Source of the DNA: Paramoeba atlantica
Lineage: Eukaryota > Protista > Discosea
Length of the DNA stretch: 64,000 bases
Direction of reading: 5' to 3'
Assembly (NCBI GenBank): GCA_977017575.1
Contig: CDRNVI010000014.1
Span: forward strand, 124,001-188,000
Shown: piece by piece, positions 56,356-64,000 of the stretch
Numbering within the stretch: position 1 is the stretch's first letter
Layout: each line of letters starts with the position of its first letter
Position numbers and translations under genes: made by a program
Notes under the pieces: model-generated
What the model saw: the letters and a program-made list of their open reading frames with translations, nothing else
Told to the model about the DNA's origin: nothing
Databases searched by the model: none

Positions 56356-57162
56356 TCAAAGTTTCATGCAAGGAAAATGCACTTTTCTTTTCGATGGAGA
56401 AACGTGCTTTTTCCGCCGGTGCAGTGTGATACCAGTACCCCTCACCGAAAGATACGCACCCCACGGGAGGTCTTCTTTGCGTAGTTCTCCGTGAAGTGCT
56501 TCGTTGTTGTCCAGATAGAGACTCAGAATTCCGTGAAGAGAGTCGAAATTTAAATATCCGCGGAATAAATTCGCCGAAAGACCAAGATAGTGCAGCGTAG
56601 GTGGTAAATGCTGCAATTCCAGCTTGCCCGTCAGAGTATTATTGTTGAGACAGATGTGACTGATTCGCCTTGGCAATTGATTAAGGCAAATATCCCCTGA
56701 AAAATTGTTCTCTTCAAGGAAAAGATAAAGAAGACTTTGTGTTAAGGATGTCAAATTCACTGGCCCTGTGAAGTGATTTGTGGCAAGATTCAGGTATTCA
56801 AGCGAAGATGGGAGTGAATCTAGACATACTGTACCAGTGAAATCATTAGTGGCCCCATAGAAATATGTGACAGTGTAGGGTAGATAGGTCAAATGGAGTT
56901 CACCCCCAACACGAAACCATTTCAAATTGATTTTGTAAGCTTGTGTGGTGTATCGATTCTCCCATTTAATTCCGTACCACTCACACGCAGGTGTATTGAC
57001 ATTCCAGGAGTAATGTGGCTTCTTCACATCTGCGAATAGTCGGACTAGCTCGTACTCTTGTGGTAGCATAGCACCCCTGACTTTAGAAGGACGCGCATGG
57101 TTCGAAATACTTACCTGTGATTGAGTTGAATCATCAGCAGGCCGAACCATTATAATCGACAT
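56356..57162 (-). CDS. Leucine-rich repeat protein, 268 aa (open paralog of 45574-46390)
   Basis: RPSKVRGAMLPQEYEL leader; 5 LRRs; near-identical to 45.5-46.4 kb including flanks. Confidence 0.92.
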   Translation of the reverse strand: MSIIMVRPADDSTQSQVSISNHARPSKVRGAMLPQEYELVRLFADVKKPHYSWNVNTPACEWYGIKWENRYTTQAYKINLKWFRVGGELHLTYLPYTVTYFYGATNDFTGTVCLDSLPSSLEYLNLATNHFTGPVNLTSLTQSLLYLFLEENNFSGDICLNQLPRRISHICLNNNTLTGKLELQHLPPTLHYLGLSANLFRGYLNFDSLHGILSLYLDNNEALHGELRKEDLPWGAYLSVRGTGITLHRRKKHVSPSKRKVHFPCMKL

Positions 57163-58273
57163 TTATCAGAAGATGAATTGTGATAAATTGTGAAGTAAAT
57201 GTGAGACCTCTTACATACTGTATAGGCGTATTAATTTCTTCGGGTACAGACCACGTACTACTCACTTTCAAAATAATAATGCAAATACACTGAAATGTTT
57301 TATTGCGGAGGGTTACTTTAAACCCTTTACCTCGCTTGCTCCTTCCGCTTAATTTACCTCAAAAAGCGTTGCAGCACGCTTAAAGTTAGGTCCTTTTGGA
57401 ATGTATTCGACGGGGTATCAAAACCAGACTCTTCTGTTTCCTCAATGTCTTCAAATTTCATTCTTTACTGACTTCAAGGCGAAGAAGAGATCCCGATGAC
57501 TGATTAGAAATTACACATGCAGTGCGCTACAATGCAAAACAATTTGGGCGAAAACGTTTTTCGGAAAAACGCAAGATAAAAATATCCCAATTCTTCAGTA
57601 GTCAAAATGCTAATATTAGTTGTAATAGAGGTTAGGTCATATTGACCCAAAGCATACCTCTACAATATAATAGAGGTATGTTTTGGGTCGAGGCATGCTT
57701 TGGACGAGGACCATCACGCGCACACGCTGATGCGATGGTACCGTACACCCCCCAGTAATAGACTATTACTGATTCATTGTCTGGACTGGGGTGCTGACTC
57801 ATCGTCTGGACTGAAAACGGAAGTACAAAGGGTATGAAGATTCACCCCTCTGAAGTTCATGTACACTGTAAACTTTTCTAGGAAGTTCTACCTGCTAAGA
57901 CTAGGGTAGGACTAGACGCCTACCTACTAAGAAAAGTAAGTGGTAAAACGTAGTTTTTGTGACGATTCATAGAAAAATCTAGGCCAATGAGGATGCTACT
58001 CGAAAATCACGCGACACATGCATATTTTCCCAAGTTTCAGCCCACACCCCAATAAAGCTGAACTCAAAAATCCGGAAAAACGGCACTATACAGTGTAAGT
58101 GGGGGGTACCCCGCGGCACATTCGCATGTACACTTCGCATGTATGTAGGGGGTGTTTACATCCCTTACGGGTCACAGTAAAGACTTTTTTGCCATTTACA
58201 CCAGAATTGCGTTTTGAAAACAATTGTATGTACTCCTTGCCTACGACGCGTATCACCGTCCCAGAGAACTCAA

Positions 58274-59563
58274 CTATTTGTCACCTCGTTCTAAAGACTC
58301 AACCTGTTTCGTCGTGCTAGTTTCCTTTGATTTGCCTATCTCACCTGCTTCGCACATTGTGCTTGTCGTTTCCTCCGGTTCCGCTACGTCCCATCCGGCG
58401 CGGCGAAGATCCTGTCGAAGAATCGCTGCCTTGCTCACCATTTGATCCATCTCGAACGCGGACGGTGAAGTGATTGGAACATCACACCCTATCCCTGTTG
58501 TGGTTAGCGCCACACGCCGACATAGTAGCGGCAGCGATGCCAATACACTCCTTGCTTTGTGCAAAGCTTCCTCACTGTAAGGTGCATCGTCTACACTCCA
58601 AGCCTTATTACTCTTGTTCGTATTCTCCATCTCGATCGCCACAGGCTCACTTTGCTCCAGTAGCAGACACTCCGATATGGCTTGATCTCCTCGTAAAGCT
58701 TTCAAATAGGACACAACCAACTCAAAACCGGAGAACGCCAAAGCATAGGGAAGTTCCAAATCCCCTTCCTGCTCGCTATCCTGTCCATCTTCCCCATTCT
58801 CTGGATTTGCCCCTCTCCCTTCCCCCTTTTCCGCGCTTGCCACGTCATGTCTTCCCCCCTCCCCGGACCTTCCCTTTGCATTTTCCTCCCCCCTTTTGCC
58901 TTTTCCCACCACACTCCCCACATCCCGGGCCACACAGTGCAGCCACGAATCGGGCATCCCGAAATGGTTCCCGAACGGTTGCAACAGCGGCACCCCACTG
59001 CGCACTGTCCCCCCCACCACCACGCTGAGGTCAATATCAAACGGGTCACGGCGACAGGCCGCGGCGAGCAGCGTGCGTGCCTTGTAGACCGCAAGCGTGG
59101 GGACCCCGATGAGCTTTCGCGGGTTAAACAGGGCTTTACCCGAGAGGTGAGACTTCAGCAGCGCTGTAGCCACCGCGGTGTGGTAATTCACATCCTGGGA
59201 GAGGATAAACAGTGGAGGTAGCGCGGAGGGGGTGTTCGTAAACCCCATAGCCGCGTTAAGGTACCAATGAAGGTGGGTACGAAATTGGGCCTCTTTCTCC
59301 TGCTGCTGGCCTGGGCTGGGGTCGACACAGCAGACCACCGCGCGGATGGAGTCCAGGGGACGGGGGGAGGGGGAGAAGGGACGCACCTCACAGTGGGTGG
59401 GGAGGTGGCCGAGGTCCACACAGAGGGACTCACAGGCGGGGGGGAGGTGGAGGTTGGTGAGGAGAGCGTGGGATTTGAAGTGAAGGCAGAGGGTGTCGAG
59501 GAGAGGACCACGATGTCCGAGGACGGCCACGCGGGAGTACAGGGTGGGGTTGGGGTGGAACAT
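58274..59563 (-). CDS. Malate-dehydrogenase-related protein, predicted catalytically inactive
   Basis: RVAVLG, VDLGHL, DVN, FNPRKLIGVPTL and VVGG align to the MDH fold, but GxxGxxG, both substrate Arg positions and the catalytic Asp/His are substituted. Confidence 0.8.
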   Translation of the reverse strand: MFHPNPTLYSRVAVLGHRGPLLDTLCLHFKSHALLTNLHLPPACESLCVDLGHLPTHCEVRPFSPSPRPLDSIRAVVCCVDPSPGQQQEKEAQFRTHLHWYLNAAMGFTNTPSALPPLFILSQDVNYHTAVATALLKSHLSGKALFNPRKLIGVPTLAVYKARTLLAAACRRDPFDIDLSVVVGGTVRSGVPLLQPFGNHFGMPDSWLHCVARDVGSVVGKGKRGEENAKGRSGEGGRHDVASAEKGEGRGANPENGEDGQDSEQEGDLELPYALAFSGFELVVSYLKALRGDQAISECLLLEQSEPVAIEMENTNKSNKAWSVDDAPYSEEALHKARSVLASLPLLCRRVALTTTGIGCDVPITSPSAFEMDQMVSKAAILRQDLRRAGWDVAEPEETTSTMCEAGEIGKSKETSTTKQVESLERGDK

Positions 59564-59794
59564 TGGGGGGGAGGAGAAAAAGGGAGAAAAGTAGAGGGCA
59601 GAAGCGAAAGTAACGGAACATTGGGGGGTTTGAATCTGCAGTACATCTGTAAAGGAGGTGAGTTGGAGAGAGCCGCGCCAATGTGCGCTCCAAACTAAAA
59701 TACCTCCAAACTAAAATCGTGCATAGAGGTATGCGTTGTCTACAACATACTACATGCTTTGCAAAACCACTGTGGGGAATCAATACGATGGTTA

Positions 59795-61624
59795 TCACAC
59801 GCTATGACGTCTCTTGACTACTTGATATAACGGATCCGTTTCCGCGAAACGTCTTTTGCAATCCTCAATCTCATCCACCTCTTTAGGAATGCCAGCAGTA
59901 ATGACAATAGGTGGCGACGGTGTATTTGTGGAGGAGGTTTCAGATCCCCCAACAATCAGATTATCTTCGATTCGAAACCCAATGCCGCGAAATTCTGGAG
60001 GAAAAACGGAGTCGTCTGGGATGTAAACCCCGGGCTCCACAGTGTGCATCATCCCCGGAACAAAGCAATCCGTTTGTATAGGGTAGTTCTCATGAATATC
60101 GATCCCCATGGGGTGACCCCAGTTGTGGGGGTAAACCCTCCGTAGCAACGCAGTCTTTTGCGCCGGACTCCACTGAGGATCAATCACCCCGACGGACTGC
60201 AGCGCCTCCAACACACGTCGCTCACTTTCCCCATGCATGGTGGAGATTTTTCGCCCAGGAACCACCTCGCGGATCAAACCCTTCTGCACTTCCAGCAGCG
60301 CGTTGTACAGCTTCCGTTGGGCTGGGGAAAACCGCTCCCCCACGGGCCACACCCGGGTGCAATCTGTGGGATAGTAATGGTAGCTCGCTCCCGCATCCAC
60401 CATCACCAGATCCCCCTCCTGCATCATGGCGTTGTTGTCAATATAGTGTAGTGATAAGGCATTGCGTCCACTGGCGACTACCGGGACATACGCTAACCCT
60501 TCTGCCCCACGGAGCTGACAGGCAAACTCCAGCACCGAGGCCACGTGGTGCTCGGAGAGCCCAGGGGCGGTGCACCCCATCGCGGCACGAAACCCATCCT
60601 TGGTAATCTCCGCCGCGTGCGTCATCATACGCTGTGCCGCTTGAGACTTCACCATTCGTAACTCCCAAAACAGGTGGGCTGGACACAACAACGTACCTGG
60701 ACCAAGCGGCGAGTCTCTCCACTTCCTCACCTCCACATCCACACTATCCCCTTTACTCCCCCCACCACGGTGGTAGTAACACGGCACATCATTCGGAAGA
60801 TAAAGCCCCCCTTCCTGCGACACCTCCCCCCCTCCTCCTCCCCCCTCCCCCATCCCCATCTTCAACTCCCCATACAAACCCGCCAGCACCTCCCCCAGTC
60901 TCCCCAACGGATACGCCCGGTCACACCCCAACACCCCCACCGCCTCCCGTACCCCCGTCCGAGGCCCATGCCACAGCTCCCCCTCTGCCGTACTCTCCTC
61001 CACGAACAACAACCACTCCGTAGTCGTCGTAGCCGTATCTGTAGTCCTAGCCACCGTCCCGGCGGTACCCCTCGTAGGCGACTCCCCCGTCACACTACGC
61101 GTCGTACCCCCGGGACGGTGGCTAGGACTACAGATACGACTACGACGACGTGTACTCGTGGGGGTCCTGTTGACGAACACCGCGACGACCCGGGGCTCCG
61201 TGTGGGCCACGGCGGTCAGGAACCACAGGTTGGATTCCTGCCGCGCGGGCCACAGGATGTCGTGGGTGCGGGTGGGGCGGGGGGACCCGGCGAGTACGAG
61301 GAGGGCGTTGGGGGGGAGGGCGCGGTGGAGGGCGCGGCGACGGGAGGCGTACTCGGGGGCGGGGATGCCGGGGGTGAGGGCACCGGGGGCGACCAGGTGG
61401 GGGTGGGAGGCGGGGGTGGGCTGGCTGAGGCGGGGGGGCCGGGGAGAAGACGAAGAGGGAGAAGCCATGGGGTTGGGGGTACGCGAAGAGGGGGAGGTGT
61501 GGAGGCGACGGGAGGGGGAGGAGGGGTGTAGGGTGAGGAGAGGGGAGAGGGTGGGGGGAGGGAGGGGGGGACGGAGGGAACGTGCGAGGGGTGGGGGGAG
61601 AGGGAGGGGGGGAAAGGGAGGCAT
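59795..61624 (-). CDS. Xaa-Pro aminopeptidase M24B, Icp55/XPNPEP3 type, 609 aa
   Basis: HPHLVAPGALTPG; metal ligands in DAG, TDCTR, HNWGH..DIHE, TVEPG and RIEDN are all present. Confidence 0.92.
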   Translation of the reverse strand: MPPFPPLPLPPPLARSLRPPLPPPTLSPLLTLHPSSPSRRLHTSPSSRTPNPMASPSSSSPRPPRLSQPTPASHPHLVAPGALTPGIPAPEYASRRRALHRALPPNALLVLAGSPRPTRTHDILWPARQESNLWFLTAVAHTEPRVVAVFVNRTPTSTRRRSRICSPSHRPGGTTRSVTGESPTRGTAGTVARTTDTATTTTEWLLFVEESTAEGELWHGPRTGVREAVGVLGCDRAYPLGRLGEVLAGLYGELKMGMGEGGGGGGEVSQEGGLYLPNDVPCYYHRGGGSKGDSVDVEVRKWRDSPLGPGTLLCPAHLFWELRMVKSQAAQRMMTHAAEITKDGFRAAMGCTAPGLSEHHVASVLEFACQLRGAEGLAYVPVVASGRNALSLHYIDNNAMMQEGDLVMVDAGASYHYYPTDCTRVWPVGERFSPAQRKLYNALLEVQKGLIREVVPGRKISTMHGESERRVLEALQSVGVIDPQWSPAQKTALLRRVYPHNWGHPMGIDIHENYPIQTDCFVPGMMHTVEPGVYIPDDSVFPPEFRGIGFRIEDNLIVGGSETSSTNTPSPPIVITAGIPKEVDEIEDCKRRFAETDPLYQVVKRRHSV

Positions 61625-61751
61625 GGAAGGGAGGGGGAAGGGGGAGAAGAGGAAAGGTGTGGGGGGGGAAAGGTAAGGGGAAAGAGGGAAGAATAACCGT
61701 CAGGGGGGTTTACTGATCGAGTGATCAATACACAGGAGAGTAGTCGTTTTA

Positions 61752-62963
61752 GAGGGGTGAAACTTAAAAATACGTCACCTGGACGAACCGAAGCGAACCG
61801 ACCCAATCCCATTGAAACCAAAGGCGATTTCTACTTGGCGCTTTTTTCAAAACTAGTTACAAGCTTTTCATGTTCAAAAAAAATGTGCACTTCTATATGA
61901 TTTTCTTGTATACTCCCATATTATACGTTGCAGTCGTAGAGGCACAGTTCTGGCTCTGAGAAGTGAAGTCTTTACTGGAAGACGGAGAAAACCTCTAGTA
62001 TCATGGAAAATTTCCTTGCAGTATGGAGGTGCCGGTGATGGTACGGATGCATGTAAAAGTTTGTAAGATCCTTCTCCATCTTCATGAAACAATAGCCCTG
62101 TATCACGAGCATGTGACATAAGCACTAATGCTTCAAGAAGAATAGTCCCATCAATAGGAACTCCGTACATTTCCTTAATGATGTTGCAGTTGTCGCCGTC
62201 TTGCAACACTTTAGAACGACTCTCCAGCCGTTCAATGCACTTGTCGAGCAAGTACTCCTCCATGCGATCCAAAATTTCTTGTGGGGGCAAGCGGTCAGCC
62301 CCATACTTCCCATTCTTCTCTTGGGCTGACAACCATAAAGTAAGCTGTACGGCTTTCTTGCGGAAAGTACCTGCCAGCACCATTCAGTACGGAAGTACCT
62401 GCCAGCACCATTAGAATGGCCATCCCACTAAAAAATCTGAAAACATGGAATGAGAACGGGGCTGTTCTATCTAACGAGGTATGGGGGAAACTCTGCGCGG
62501 ATATAGATTCGTACATGGTATACGGGATCGCAAGCTGCATCGAAGCTTTTCTACGGTTTGGCTTTGATCTTATTGAGCAAAGTTCACCATACGTATCATA
62601 CCAGTGGTAGTGTGATATGACCATACATTATTAAAATTTACGCGCGCTAAAATTATTTTAGCGAATATTTTAGTAAAATATTCATAGTAGTATTATTCGG
62701 GATTTTCTGCGATTGCCGAACTTTTCTCTTAAGTAGGTGAAACTGAAGCAAATTTCGGTTCTTTTTCAATTTTTGTCCATCAAATTTTCTGATCGTAGAA
62801 AATACTTCTCCACAGATGTATTTATGATAAATACATACACGAAAAAACAGAAAAACGAATAAAAAGGACGAATAAATAAACATAAAGAATTGGTAGAAGG
62901 GGAATAGATTGCGCCAGGCGAACCGAGGCGAACAGACCCCGAACCTGAATAGTTTCACCCCTC
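61752..62963 (-). mobile_element. TIR element, possibly Kolobok-like, with frameshifted ORF (62624 to 61874)
   Basis: Inverted ends GAGGGGTGAAACT / AGTTTCACCCCTC flanked by TTTA and TTAA; CGAACC repeats near both ends; ORF has DRMEEYLLDKC..VLQDGD. Confidence 0.45.
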
Positions 62964-62966
62964 TTA

Positions 62967-63258
62967 ATTGCAGTGGTCGTATAGCTATCGCTCTACCCTC
63001 GATTACAGAAAAAAAAGGGAACGAAATTGGTAAAAATATAGAGAGGAACACAGTACTTCCCTGGCTAAAAATAAAGGAAAATAAAAATCCAGAAAAAGAA
63101 AATTGATTTTTTCATTATCATTTTCCTTTTTCATTTTCCCTTATTTTTGATCAGGGTAGAGAAAATATGAAGTAATGGCAAATAAATAATTTTTTAAAAA
63201 TCGTTTCCTCTATTGTATTTTAAGAGTTTGGGGCCTATACTAGATTTCTACGCCGTGT
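62967..63258 (+). mobile_element. Diverged Family A fragment
   Basis: ATTGCAGTGGTCGTATAGCTATCGCTCTACCCTCGATTAC start and downstream similarity to 54520-54570. Confidence 0.7.
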
Positions 63259-63345
63259 CCTATCATCTTCCAAAGGGGGAGATTCACTTCCCTGAAGTAT
63301 AAAGGGGGGTGACAGTAAATATTAAGAATTAATATCGCCTTTTGA

Positions 63346-64000
63346 GTGAGAGCAAGGATATGGAAAAGGCTCGAAGAATTTTGCCGCACAGAGGGATCCG
63401 GTCCAGATTCGGCCATGGCCGTAGCTTTCATTCACCGGATGCCACTGACCCCCTCGACAAGGTTGGGGCACGCAAGAAGCATGCAGACAATCTTGAACCT
63501 GGGGGGCACGGATTCCATTCCACTAAAGCTGTTTGCAAAAGCCCTGCAAGCTAAAGAGGCGCTCAAACCAATTCGACAAATGACTCCAATCACACCTTGG
63601 CAACTGCACAAACTAAGACTGCCGATCAAAAAAGGTGGCTTAGGCCTAACCGCTTGTCACGAGACACGTACTGCCGCGTACCACAACTCCAGATTTATGG
63701 TTTTCGAGCGCAAAAATTCTAGTTCTGCTCAAACCAGCTCATCTGGAAATGAAAATGCGACAAATATTCCATCCGATGAAGAAAGCACAACAGCCTCAAT
63801 GATGCATCAAAAAAAGTTCGAACTCCTTTTGAAGGATCCGGAGATAGGACCGATAATAGAGGCAACCTCATTCAAAGGGAATTCAGATTGGCTTACATCG
63901 AATGCGCGGTATGCACCTGCGTCCCATTACGAATTAACGATCATGGCAAGATTTGGAGCAGCGCATCCTAAGTTACTAAAGAATGTACAGCGCTCTGGGT
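63346..64000 (+). mobile_element. Chimeric ORF: TATE-like tyrosine-recombinase N-terminus joined to a CRE/SLACS-like post-RT region; runs off the window
   Basis: 218 open codons: RARIWKRLEEFC..PSTRLGHAR..PLKLFAKAL..PIRQMTPIT, then LRLPIKKGGLGL..AAY..SFKGNSDWL. Confidence 0.6.

Overview
Eukaryotic, intron-free and very transposon-rich window. All recognisable host genes lie on the minus strand across about 57 kb, several preceded by polypyrimidine tracts. That layout, plus TATE-like and CRE/SLACS-like retroelement fragments, a PPR protein and a catalytically dead malate dehydrogenase homolog, points to a kinetoplastid or other euglenozoan. A Perkinsela-like origin is inference only. Host content is 14 copies of an LRR gene family (10 open, 4 disrupted) plus RPB4, an Icp55/XPNPEP3-type peptidase, a Cgr1/CCDC86-like gene, a histone-fold+HMG-box fusion, a PPR protein, a probable FG-nucleoporin and a tandem-HTH protein. 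Between genes lie Tc1/mariner (one DD34E and an apparent DD32E family), pogo, Merlin, PIF/Harbinger-type, possible hAT and Kolobok-like elements, MITEs and two TSD-flanked SINE-like inserts. The most novel-looking items are (i) a dispersed non-coding element at 338-865 and 30215-30811 whose terminal helices show compensatory base changes around a swappable central repeat cassette, (ii) a 40-bp foldback hairpin inside the Icp55 coding sequence, (iii) an in-frame TATE-recombinase/CRE-like chimeric ORF, and (iv) the surface-diversifying LRR family. All protein family calls come from motif recognition by eye, not database searches.
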